From assembly GCA_913055655.1 (NCBI GenBank), contig CAJXKA010000001.1, positions 680,842 through 744,841 on the forward strand: 64,000 nucleotides of DNA, read 5' to 3'. This DNA comes from an uncultured Oceanospirillales bacterium (GTDB taxonomy: Bacteria > Pseudomonadota > Gammaproteobacteria > Xanthomonadales > SZUA-36). The notes beneath the pieces are model-generated. The model was not told where the DNA came from. It saw nothing but the letters and a program-made list of their open reading frames with translations, and searched no databases. This document shows positions 29,468-37,610 of this stretch, one piece after another (within the stretch, counting starts at the first letter, position 1; each line of letters begins with the position of its first letter). The position numbers and the translations under genes were made by a program.

Positions 29468-30844
29468 TTGGCCTCAGATGTTGTTAACGCCCGGCTTTAC
29501 CCGGCGGGCATGCTTACTTCCTTATCCCGCAGCGAAGTCGAACGGCTGCATGACGCCAGCCACGGCGAGCTCTATGAGCTGCTCCGCCGCTGCTCGCTGG
29601 CCGTGCTCAACAGCGGCAACGAGTCCGATGACGCCGAGGCGCTGCTGGCCGAGTTCAAAGACTTCGATATCACCGTGGAACAGTTCAACCGCGGTATCCG
29701 CCTGGAACTGTGCAACGCGCCGGGCATTGCCTTTGTCGATGGCAAGATCATCGAGGGCGTGCGTGAGCTGCTGTCCGCGGTCATCCGCGATCTCGTCTAT
29801 TACGACACCGAGATCGGCAGTAACCCGGCCTACAGGATGGACACCGGCGAGCAGATCACCAACGCGGTGTTCGAGATCCTGCGCAACGCCAACATCATCC
29901 AGCCGCGCGTCGAGCCGCACCTGGTGGTGTGCTGGGGCGGGCACTCCATCAGCCGCGCCGAGTACGAGTACACCAAGCTGGTGGGCTACGAACTGGGCCT
30001 GCGCAAGCTGAATGTCTGCACGGGCTGTGGCCCGGGCGCCATGAAGGGCCCGATGAAGGGCGCCACCATCGGTCACTCCAAGCAGCGGGTGAAGAACGGC
30101 CGCTACATCGGCGTGACCGAGCCCGGCATTATTGCCGCCGAGTCGCCAAACCCCATCGTCAACGAACTGGTCATTCTGCCGGACATCGAAAAGCGCCTGG
30201 AGGCCTTCGTGCGCCTGGGCCACGGCATCGTGGTGTTCCCCGGCGGCGCGGGCACCGCGGAGGAAATCCTCTACCTGCTGGGCATCCTGTTGCACCCGAA
30301 GAACGCCGACCTGCCGTTCCCGGTGGTGTTCACCGGCCCCGCCGGCTCCGCCGCCTATTTTGAGCAGATCGACAAGTTCATTCGCTTGACCCTGGGCGAC
30401 GAAGCGGCCGCGCGCTACCAGGTCATCATCGACGACCCGGTGGCCGTGGCGCAGACCATGCAGGCCGGCCTGGCGGAAGTCGGCGAATTCCGCAGCGAGG
30501 TCAAGGACGCCTGGTACTACAACTGGCGCCTGCAGATCGACGAGGACTTCCAGCGCCCCTTCGAACCCACCCACGCCGCCATGGCCGGCCTGGAGATCCA
30601 CCGCGACCTGCCGGTGCACGAGCTCGCCGCCAACCTGCGCCGCGCCTTCTCCGGCATCGTCGCCGGCAACGTCAAGCCGAACACGCTGGCCGCCATCCGC
30701 GCCGGCGGCAAGTTCGAAATCAGCGGCGAGAAGGCGATCATGGACAAGCTGGACGGGCTGCTTTCAGAGTTTGTGGCGCAGCACCGGATGAAGCTGCCCG
30801 GGGTGGCTTATGAGCCTTGTTACCGGGTTGTGAGTGGGGAGTAG
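29468..30844 (+). CDS. ppnN: Pyrimidine/purine nucleotide 5'-monophosphate nucleosidase PpnN (LOG family, YgdH)
   Basis: 458 aa; TTG start. The N-terminus aligns from memory with E. coli PpnN (CSLAVLNSG...). LOG motif PGGAGTAEE. Confidence 0.88.
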   Translation: MASDVVNARLYPAGMLTSLSRSEVERLHDASHGELYELLRRCSLAVLNSGNESDDAEALLAEFKDFDITVEQFNRGIRLELCNAPGIAFVDGKIIEGVRELLSAVIRDLVYYDTEIGSNPAYRMDTGEQITNAVFEILRNANIIQPRVEPHLVVCWGGHSISRAEYEYTKLVGYELGLRKLNVCTGCGPGAMKGPMKGATIGHSKQRVKNGRYIGVTEPGIIAAESPNPIVNELVILPDIEKRLEAFVRLGHGIVVFPGGAGTAEEILYLLGILLHPKNADLPFPVVFTGPAGSAAYFEQIDKFIRLTLGDEAAARYQVIIDDPVAVAQTMQAGLAEVGEFRSEVKDAWYYNWRLQIDEDFQRPFEPTHAAMAGLEIHRDLPVHELAANLRRAFSGIVAGNVKPNTLAAIRAGGKFEISGEKAIMDKLDGLLSEFVAQHRMKLPGVAYEPCYRVVSGE

Positions 30845-30891
30845 TGAGTGGTGAGTGGTAAGGGCGTTTGGGCTTGAGGCGCCAGGTGCGG

Positions 30892-31161
30892 TTATGCCGC
30901 GTCGTTTGAGGCGCGGCTTTTGATGGGATTATTGGCAGCTTCAGACTGGAGTCGTTCAACCAGCCAGACCTTGATGATGGACTGGCGGGTGACACCAACC
31001 CGAGCGGCTTCGCGGTCCAGCGATTCGACTACCCAGACCGGAAAGTCGACGTTGATACGTTTTTGCTTTTGATTGACACGGTTCGCCGAGGACAGATCAA
31101 GGTCATCAATGATGTCTTCCTTACCGTCGTCAAATTTACTGTCAAACTCGCTGGCTTTCAT
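30892..31161 (-). CDS. brnA: BrnA / CopG-family antitoxin
   Basis: 89 aa: ...KRINVDFPVWVVESLDREAARVGVTRQSIIKVWLVERL, the ribbon-helix-helix C-terminus typical of BrnA. Confidence 0.8.
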   Translation of the reverse strand: MKASEFDSKFDDGKEDIIDDLDLSSANRVNQKQKRINVDFPVWVVESLDREAARVGVTRQSIIKVWLVERLQSEAANNPIKSRASNDAA

Positions 31162-31420
31162 ACAAATTAATCTCCGCTTTTCGGGACCTCCTGACTGATA
31201 TCAGGCGGATCCTTGGATTTCTATAGGTCACAACAGCCGACCAGTGTCTGGTACCTATTCGACCAATCATCAGGAACCGTTCTTCATCTTCGGACTTTGC
31301 CCCGAGCTGAAGCAGGTCTGGATCTTTCCAAAGTGCCTGGGCGTCATGAAAATCTATCCCATGTTTTTCCAGGTTGGTACCGCTCTTCCGTTTATCGAAC
31401 TCAAACGCAAGCGTGAGTAT
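31142..31420 (-). CDS. brnT: BrnT-family ribonuclease toxin (no canonical start codon; ATA with a good SD is proposed)
   Basis: Hand translation of the minus strand: (I)LTLAFEFDKRKSGTNLEKHGIDFHDAQALWKDPDLLQLGAKSEDEERFLMIGRIGTRHWSAVVTYRNPRIRLISVRRSRKAEINLYESQRV*. The in-frame TAA at 31424-31426 closes the frame upstream. Overlaps the brnA start by 20 nt. Absent from the ORF track. Confidence 0.6.
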   Translation of the reverse strand: MLTLAFEFDKRKSGTNLEKHGIDFHDAQALWKDPDLLQLGAKSEDEERFLMIGRIGTRHWSAVVTYRNPRIRLISVRRSRKAEINLYESQRV

Positions 31421-31491
31421 AAATTATTCCTTTTCTACTCGCCCTGCAAGACTAAGCCTTCCCTCGGCAACAATCTGGTTGCGTCCGCAAC

Positions 31492-31932
31492 CTATGCCTC
31501 TGAAAGCACCGTTCTGGCAGCATTGCCCAATTGCTGGTCGAACGTGGCCAATGGGGCGCGGAGCTTCGTGGCGAGCAGCAGGTAGGCGGCATCGTAAGCG
31601 CTGAGATTCATGCGCCTGGCGAGGTCATACTGGGCGGCGCTGTCGACGGCGCAGCGGGTCAGGCGAAGGTCGGAAAGGTCCTGCAGGGCGCGCTTTGCAG
31701 CTTTTTCCAGTCCCGCTTTGGACTTCTTCAGCGCCACGCTGACCATTTCGTGGTCCAGCAGGTCGGGTGCGAACAGTTCCTTGCCCGCCATGGCCACGAG
31801 CGCGGTTTCCCTTTCCGGTTCGTCAAACAGCACGGCTGCCAGCACGCTGCAATCGATGACCAGCGGCGGATAGCGGGTGTATTTTCCCGCAGGTTCCGCG
31901 ATGTACAGCGACGACGCGCCTTCAGCGCGCAT
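31492..31932 (-). CDS. vapC: PIN-domain toxin (VapC/FitB-like)
   Basis: 146 aa: ...PPLVIDCSVLAAVLFDEPE...FAPDLLDHEM...LSAYDAAYLLLA...LATFDQQL. Acidic PIN residues are present. Overlaps the end of the upstream antitoxin. Confidence 0.8.
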   Translation of the reverse strand: MRAEGASSLYIAEPAGKYTRYPPLVIDCSVLAAVLFDEPERETALVAMAGKELFAPDLLDHEMVSVALKKSKAGLEKAAKRALQDLSDLRLTRCAVDSAAQYDLARRMNLSAYDAAYLLLATKLRAPLATFDQQLGNAARTVLSEA

Positions 31933-32206
31933 CGCGGTCCTGCCGAATCAGCTCGGTTGAGCGCGGCCCCTTACGGTAGGGGCGCTTCTTCTGTTGACGG
32001 TGCTCCTGGGCAATCTGCTCAATGGATTTGTAACCGCTTCGGGCGCGCTGGCCGGTTTCCGCGTCGGCAATGGAAACCGGCTGGGAGGCAACCTGGGTCA
32101 CCAATGCCAGCAGTTCACCCTGCAACGAGCGGTGATTGGCGGCCGCACGTTCGCGCAAACCGACGATCACGTCAGCTGGAACATTTTTGATGGAGAGGCT
32201 AGGCAT
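31922..32206 (-). CDS. Ribbon-helix-helix antitoxin (FitA/Arc-like)
   Basis: 94 aa: MPSLSIKNVPADVIVGLRERAAANHRSLQGELLALV... Only the last 94 codons of the 245-aa ORF in the track are used. Confidence 0.75.
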   Translation of the reverse strand: MPSLSIKNVPADVIVGLRERAAANHRSLQGELLALVTQVASQPVSIADAETGQRARSGYKSIEQIAQEHRQQKKRPYRKGPRSTELIRQDRDAR

Positions 32207-32283
32207 TGTCGGCAGATATGGAGTCAATATGACGCCATAGTGGAACCATTTGGTACGGCTGTCAAACATGATGGCGCTTAGCC

Positions 32284-33387
32284 GTGGTCGCCAACCTGAC
32301 CTACGACTTCCAGGGCAACCTGGCCAGCAAGGGCCCGTCCGGCGCGGTGCAGAACTACACCTTCGACCTGGGCAACCGCCTGCGCAGCGTGCCGAACAAG
32401 GAAACCGGCTACGAGTACGACGGCCACGGCCGCCGCGTGTACGCCAACACCGTGGGCAGTGGCCACATCCTGTCGCAGTACGCCATCGACGGGAAGCTGC
32501 TTTACCAGGAAAACCACAAGCTGGGCAAACGCATCGACTACATCTACCTGGGCACCCGCCTGGTGGCCCAGCGCGAGCGCCCGCTCGCAAGCAGCACCGC
32601 CACGCTGAAATACCAGCACACCGACGCCCTGGGCTCGCCGCTGGCGGTGACCAACCCATCGAAGGTCACCATCGAGACCAGCGAATACGAGCCCTACGGC
32701 CAACTGGTCAACAAACCCCTGTTCGACGGCCCGGGGTACACCGGCCACGCGCAGGACGCCGCGACCGGCCTGACGTACATGCAACAGCGGTACTACGACC
32801 CGCAGATTGGGCGGTTCCTGTCGGTGGACCCGGTGACGGCGTATACGAACCCGGGGCGGAACTTCAATCGGTATTGGTATGCAAATGACAATCCTTACAG
32901 GTTCAACGATCCCGACGGACGAATCGCGAACTTTGTCGTCAAGGGGGTGATCGACTTTGCGCTAGAGGTTGGCATTCAATATGCGACTACCGGGACCGTG
33001 GATATCGGTGATGCACTCCTCGAAACTGGTAAGGGGATGCTTAACCCGATGAAATCAATAGAGCGGGCAGGAGATCTTAGGAGAATTCTAAATTCTAGCG
33101 ACAAAGGGCTTCACCGGCCTTACATTCGTAGGAATGTAAGAGATGAAGTAAACAATCGAGCTCCTCGAAGCCCCGAAGGAAAACCACTTGACCCGAATAC
33201 TGGCAAACCCATAGAAGGCAAACCAGACTTGGGCCATAAACCCGGGCACGAATTTCGTACCGAAAAGATCAATGCTGAAGCTCAAGGCATGAACCAGAAA
33301 GACTTTAATAACAACATGAACAATCCTGACAAATATCAGTTGGAAGACCCCAGCTCAAACAGGAGTCATAGGTATGAAAAAAAGTAA
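32284..33387 (+). CDS. 5'-truncated Rhs-family protein: YD-repeat/RHS core end fused to a GH-E (HNH/EndoVII-type) nuclease toxin domain
   Basis: YD repeats (NLTYDFQGN, YTFDLGNR, YEYDGHGRR). RHS-associated core (YMQQRYYDPQIGRFLSVDP, NPYRFNDPDGR). C-terminus has DLGHKPGHEF...NNPDKYQLEDPSSNRSH. The frame opens only at 32272, after a TGA. Confidence 0.85.
   Translation: MVANLTYDFQGNLASKGPSGAVQNYTFDLGNRLRSVPNKETGYEYDGHGRRVYANTVGSGHILSQYAIDGKLLYQENHKLGKRIDYIYLGTRLVAQRERPLASSTATLKYQHTDALGSPLAVTNPSKVTIETSEYEPYGQLVNKPLFDGPGYTGHAQDAATGLTYMQQRYYDPQIGRFLSVDPVTAYTNPGRNFNRYWYANDNPYRFNDPDGRIANFVVKGVIDFALEVGIQYATTGTVDIGDALLETGKGMLNPMKSIERAGDLRRILNSSDKGLHRPYIRRNVRDEVNNRAPRSPEGKPLDPNTGKPIEGKPDLGHKPGHEFRTEKINAEAQGMNQKDFNNNMNNPDKYQLEDPSSNRSHRYEKK
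32484..32573 (+). repeat. Direct repeat DR1 (90 nt, within the rhs core)
   Basis: CATCGACGGGAAGCTGCT.TACCAGGAAAACCACAAGCTGGGCAAACGCATCGACTACATCTACCT.GGCACCCGCCTGGT.GCCCAGCG. 87/90 identical to 33867-33956. Confidence 0.95.
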
Positions 33388-33865
33388 CCCCAACGCGTTC
33401 ATACGAGCAGCAGTGGTCGGGAATCAAGAACAGATGAGGAGCCTTCTTGATGAAAACGCTGAGTACCTTTCATCCACTGATGCAGACGGAAGAAACGCTC
33501 TTATGCATGCTGTCCTGGGAGGGCATGGCGATGCAGTATGCTTTTTGCTCCAGTCTGGCTGTGACCCAGACGGGCGCGACCGTCTTGGTTACACCGCATT
33601 GCATTTTGCAGCGCAGGATTACTTATTGGATATGGTCGAATTGTTGTTGGAAAAAGGTGCGACTGTAGATGTTACTGATGAACATGGAAATACCCCGCTG
33701 TTCAAAGCAACTTTCTATTCCAGAGGCCGTGGTGAGGTAATCCGGTTGTTAATTAATGCTGGTGCTGACCAGCACCTTGAAAACCACTATGGTGTTTCCC
33801 CATTGGTGTTGGCCGAGTCGATTGCAAACTACTCGGTTCTCAAGTGGTTCAATGCGGCCACGTAA
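33374..33865 (+). CDS. Ankyrin-repeat protein, probable immunity protein for the Rhs C-terminal toxin
   Basis: 163 aa with about four ANK repeats (GRNALMHAV, GYTALHFAA, GNTPLFKAT, GVSPLVLA). Overlaps the toxin stop by 14 nt. Low GC, like the toxin tip. Confidence 0.8.
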   Translation: MKKSNPNAFIRAAVVGNQEQMRSLLDENAEYLSSTDADGRNALMHAVLGGHGDAVCFLLQSGCDPDGRDRLGYTALHFAAQDYLLDMVELLLEKGATVDVTDEHGNTPLFKATFYSRGRGEVIRLLINAGADQHLENHYGVSPLVLAESIANYSVLKWFNAAT

Positions 33866-33866
33866 T

Positions 33867-33956
33867 CATCGACGGGAAGCTGCTGTACCAGGAAAACCAC
33901 AAGCTGGGCAAACGCATCGACTACATCTACCTTGGCACCCGCCTGGTCGCCCAGCG
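33867..33956 (+). pseudogene. rhs core remnant, also direct repeat DR2
   Basis: About 30 codons (IIDGKLLYQENHKLGKRIDYIYLGTRLVAQR) duplicate residues 68-97 of the upstream Rhs fragment. Homology stops at 33956. Begins 2 nt after the ankyrin stop. Confidence 0.85.
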
Positions 33957-34000
33957 GCTGTCAAACAGGCCGCCGTTCGGCAAACCCAGTGTGTCAGGGG

Positions 34001-34705
34001 TTAATCCGCCGGGCGTAACAGCGAGCGGTCGCGGGTCAGGTTCTCTTCCCCCAGTAACGGCCGGATGTCGACCAGCGGGATGCCGTGGGTAAATCGGTAG
34101 CGGCCGTCTTCCTGTTGTTCCAGCCAGCCTCCTTCCAGCAGCGCGTCGCGCTCGGCGATGGCCAGCTCGTCGTCTTCGACGACGGCGTAGGGGTCGGCGA
34201 ACTGCATGGGGCGGGCGAGGGCGGCCAGGTCGTCGGTGAGTTCGATATCCGCGGGTGGGTAGCGCAGCGCATAGCCATTGCCGGCCGTGACCAGGATGTC
34301 CAGGGCGCAGCCGTGGGGCAGGCCGAGGAACTGGTCGGCGACGTCGGGGTTGTCACGGGCGAATAGCAGGTGGCGGCGGCCTTCTTCATCGACGTCGGGG
34401 TTCTGGAAGTAGCATTCGGCGGGGTGCAGGCCTTCGTCGTAGACGCGCACCAGGTCGCCGACGGGGTCGGTCACGCGCCAGCGGATCAGCACGCGCAGGA
34501 AGGCGGTGCCGCCGGTGGGGAAGCCGCGCGCATAGACATAGTCGGTGTCGGCCACCTGGACTACGGCGACCAGGTCGCTGTGGCTGGCCAGTTCGGCCAG
34601 GCTGGCGGGTGGCGGCGGCTCCTGCGCGTCGGTGGACTCGGTCTGTGCCGTGGCCGTGGTCGCAGCCAGGGCGGCCAGTAGCAGTGCCGTGATGTGTTGT
34701 TTCAT
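34001..34705 (-). CDS. Hypothetical secreted protein
   Basis: 234 aa; signal peptide MKQHITALLLAALAATTATA. ATGA overlap with the psd stop. No family recognised. Confidence 0.6.
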   Translation of the reverse strand: MKQHITALLLAALAATTATAQTESTDAQEPPPPASLAELASHSDLVAVVQVADTDYVYARGFPTGGTAFLRVLIRWRVTDPVGDLVRVYDEGLHPAECYFQNPDVDEEGRRHLLFARDNPDVADQFLGLPHGCALDILVTAGNGYALRYPPADIELTDDLAALARPMQFADPYAVVEDDELAIAERDALLEGGWLEQQEDGRYRFTHGIPLVDIRPLLGEENLTRDRSLLRPAD

Positions 34706-35571
34706 GACGGGCTGGCCATTGGCAGCGCCAGGCGCTGGCCCATCTTGACCGGGTCGCCGGTGCCAGGGCTCGCGACGGGCGTGACCTGGCCCGGCGGCAG
34801 CACCACGATCACAGTGCTGCCCATGTTGAAGCGGCCCATTTCCTCGCCCCTGGCCAGCGTGACTTCGCCGGGGGCGTAGTCGTGGCGGGCCAGGTCGCGC
34901 GGTTTTGCGGGCGTGATGGTGCCGGCCCAGGCGGTGTCCATGGACCCGACCAGCATGGCGCCGACCAGTACCACGGCCATCGGGCCGAGGTCCGTGTCGA
35001 AGATGCTGACCACGCGCTCGTTGCGGGCGAACAGGCCGGGGACCTGGCGCACGGTGGCGGGGGACACGCTGAACAGGCGGCCGGGCACGTAGGTCATGCG
35101 CTTGAGTTCGCCGGCCAGCGGCATGTGCACGCGGTGGTAATCGCGGGGCGACAGGTAGATGGTCCAGAACTCGCCGCCTTCCAGCGCACTCGTGGCCGGG
35201 TCGTTGGCCAGCAGGCGTGCCAGTGAAAAATCGTGGCCCTTGGCCTGGAAGATGGTGTCGCCGTTGATGGGCCCGGCGGCGCTGATGCGGCCGTCGCTGG
35301 GGCAGATCACGCTGCCTTCGGCGTCATCCAGCGGTCGGGCGCCGTCGACCAGGGTGCGGGTGAAGAAGTCGTTGAAGGTTTTGTAGTCACCGGGCTCGGG
35401 CCGTGAGGCCTCGGACCAGTCGACGCCAGCGCTGGCGGCGATGGTGCGGATCAGGGTGTTTTTCACCAACGGCGTTTCCACGCGCATCAGCCAGTGCACC
35501 AGCGCGGTCAGGCCGTGCTGGGGCAGGACGTGCTGGGGCGCGGTGAACACCCGGTCGAGCCAGTTTGACAT
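34702..35571 (-). CDS. psd: Phosphatidylserine decarboxylase proenzyme
   Basis: 289 aa; self-cleavage motif context FNMGSTVIV (G-S-T). Confidence 0.95.
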   Translation of the reverse strand: MSNWLDRVFTAPQHVLPQHGLTALVHWLMRVETPLVKNTLIRTIAASAGVDWSEASRPEPGDYKTFNDFFTRTLVDGARPLDDAEGSVICPSDGRISAAGPINGDTIFQAKGHDFSLARLLANDPATSALEGGEFWTIYLSPRDYHRVHMPLAGELKRMTYVPGRLFSVSPATVRQVPGLFARNERVVSIFDTDLGPMAVVLVGAMLVGSMDTAWAGTITPAKPRDLARHDYAPGEVTLARGEEMGRFNMGSTVIVVLPPGQVTPVASPGTGDPVKMGQRLALPMASPS

Positions 35572-35599
35572 ACGTATTCCTTGGGTCGCTCGTTGAGGG

Positions 35600-36556
35600 G
35601 TGAATTATACTGCCGCGATGGGTGATAGCGGCACAGGACCGGTGACGGTCGAGGACTGGACCAGGCGCTGCGCGGCGGATTTCGAGGCCGCCGGACTGCA
35701 CTTTGGCCATGGCACGGACAACGCGCTGGACGAGGCCGCGTGGCTGGTGCTGCACGTGCTGGGCGCGTCGCTCGACGGTGATTTTGATGACTGGGGTGCC
35801 GAGGTGCCTGCCGCAGACGCGGAGCGTATCGCGGCCCTGGCCCGGGTCCGTATCGACAGCGGCCGGCCCATGGCCTACCTGCTGGGCGAGGCCTGGTTCT
35901 GTGGCATGCCGTTCCGGGTCACCGACGATGTGCTGGTGCCGCGTTCGCCGCTGGCGGAGCTGATCGTCGCACAGTACCAGCCGTGGTTGCCGGGCAGAAC
36001 CGAGGGCAGGGCGCTGGATCTTTGCTGCGGCAGTGGCTGCATCGGCATCGCCACCGCGGCGTACCTTCCGGGCTGGCAGGTCGACCTGTCGGATATCAGC
36101 GACGCGGCACTGGCGGTGGCGCGCGAGAACATCGAGCGGCATGGCGTGGGTGAGCGGGTCAGCGCGTGGGCATCGGACGGTTTCGATGACCTGCCGGAAC
36201 GGCAGTGGGACCTGATCGTCACCAACCCGCCGTATGTGCCGAACGCGGCGCTGAACGAGTTGCCGCGTGAGTATCGGGCCGAGCCGTCCCTGGGGCTGGT
36301 CTCGGGTGATGACGGGCTGGACCTGCCGCTGCGCATCCTGGCCGACGCGCCTTCGCGGCTCTGCGATGACGGCATCCTGGTCTGCGAGGTGGGCGAGTCC
36401 GCCGAGCGGCTGGAAGCCGAGCTGCCGAATGTCGCCTTCACGTGGATCGAATTCGAGCACGGCGGCGACGGTGTCTTTACAATGTCGAAAAACGAACTGA
36501 ACGACGCGCGGCCGCGGGTGCTGGCGCGACTGGAGAGCAGGAAGCATGTCCCTTAA
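35600..36556 (+). CDS. prmB: Ribosomal protein uL3 glutamine N5-methyltransferase
   Basis: Aligns along its length with E. coli PrmB from memory (GHGTDN..DEA, AYL...AWFCG..F.V...[28 protein letters not shown]). Confidence 0.9.
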   Translation: MNYTAAMGDSGTGPVTVEDWTRRCAADFEAAGLHFGHGTDNALDEAAWLVLHVLGASLDGDFDDWGAEVPAADAERIAALARVRIDSGRPMAYLLGEAWFCGMPFRVTDDVLVPRSPLAELIVAQYQPWLPGRTEGRALDLCCGSGCIGIATAAYLPGWQVDLSDISDAALAVARENIERHGVGERVSAWASDGFDDLPERQWDLIVTNPPYVPNAALNELPREYRAEPSLGLVSGDDGLDLPLRILADAPSRLCDDGILVCEVGESAERLEAELPNVAFTWIEFEHGGDGVFTMSKNELNDARPRVLARLESRKHVP

Positions 36557-37610
36557 TACCTTCGGCCGGATGCTCCGGGTGACCACCTGGGGCGAGAGCC
36601 ACGGGCCGGCGATTGGCTGCGTCATTGACGGCTGTCCGCCGGGCCTGGAAATCAGCGAAGAAGAGATTCGCGTCGAGCTGGAGCGCCGTGCCACCGGGCG
36701 CAGCCGCCACACTTCGCAACGCCGCGAGGCCGATGATGTGAAGATCCTCTCCGGCGTGTTCGAGGGCCGGACCACCGGCACGCCCATTTCGCTGTTTATC
36801 GAAAACACCGACGCACGCTCCAAGGATTACGGCAACATCGCCCGGCAGTTCCGGCCGGGGCATGCCGATTACACCTACTTCAAGAAGTACGGCCATCGCG
36901 ATTACCGGGGCGGCGGGCGATCAAGCGCTCGCGAGACCACGATGCGCGTGGCCGCCGGCGCGCTGGCGAAGAAATGGCTGGCACAGACTCACGGCATCGC
37001 CATCCACGGCTGGCTGGCACAGCTGGGTGAGATCCGCTGCGATACCGACACCCAGTGGGACACGGTCAACGACAACCCGTTCTTCTGCCCGGACCCGGCG
37101 CGCGTGCCGGAACTCGAGGCGTACATGGACAAGCTGCGCAAGTTCGGCGATTCCACCGGCGCGCGTGTCGACGCCCGCGCCACCGGGGTGCCTGCGGGGT
37201 GGGGCGAGCCCGTGTACGGCAAGCTGGACGGGGATCTCGCGGCAGCGATGATGAGCATCAATGCCACCAAGGGCGTGGAGATCGGTGCCGGTTTTGACTC
37301 GGTCAGCCAGCTGGGCACCGAGCACCGTGATGAAATGACGCCAGAGGGCTTTCTCGGCAACCATGCCGGCGGTATCCTCGGGGGTATCAGCAGCGGACAG
37401 GACGTGACCGTGTCCGTGGCGTTCAAACCGACTTCGAGCCTGCGGCTGCCGTGCCGCTCGATCGACATGGACGGTAATGAAATCGAAGTGGTCACCAAGG
37501 GCCGCCACGACCCCTGCGTGGGCATCCGGGCGACCCCCATCGTAGAAGCCATGCTGGCGCTGGTGCTGATGGATCACGCACTGCGCCACCGGGGACAGAC
37601 AGGACAATGA
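36546..37610 (+). CDS. aroC: Chorismate synthase
   Basis: 354 aa: [35 protein letters not shown]. Confidence 0.97.
   Translation: MSLNTFGRMLRVTTWGESHGPAIGCVIDGCPPGLEISEEEIRVELERRATGRSRHTSQRREADDVKILSGVFEGRTTGTPISLFIENTDARSKDYGNIARQFRPGHADYTYFKKYGHRDYRGGGRSSARETTMRVAAGALAKKWLAQTHGIAIHGWLAQLGEIRCDTDTQWDTVNDNPFFCPDPARVPELEAYMDKLRKFGDSTGARVDARATGVPAGWGEPVYGKLDGDLAAAMMSINATKGVEIGAGFDSVSQLGTEHRDEMTPEGFLGNHAGGILGGISSGQDVTVSVAFKPTSSLRLPCRSIDMDGNEIEVVTKGRHDPCVGIRATPIVEAMLALVLMDHALRHRGQTGQ

Noticed and set aside
31922-32659. 245-aa minus-strand ORF spanning the antitoxin and running back through the rhs fragment.
   Set aside because: Only the last 94 codons (from MPSLSIKNV, ATG at 32206) look like a real RHH antitoxin. 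The N-terminal 150 codons are a Cys/Arg/Gly/Pro-rich shadow frame, partly antisense to the YD-repeat region.
33844-34092. 82-aa plus-strand ORF after the ankyrin gene.
   Set aside because: Its only meaningful part is the 30-codon rhs core stub (DR2). The rest reads antisense into the next minus-strand gene. It is treated as a remnant, not a gene.
35387-36823. 478-aa ORF on the minus strand.
   Set aside because: It is antisense to prmB and aroC, both of which are recognisable along their length. It has no motifs and a skewed Arg/Pro composition.
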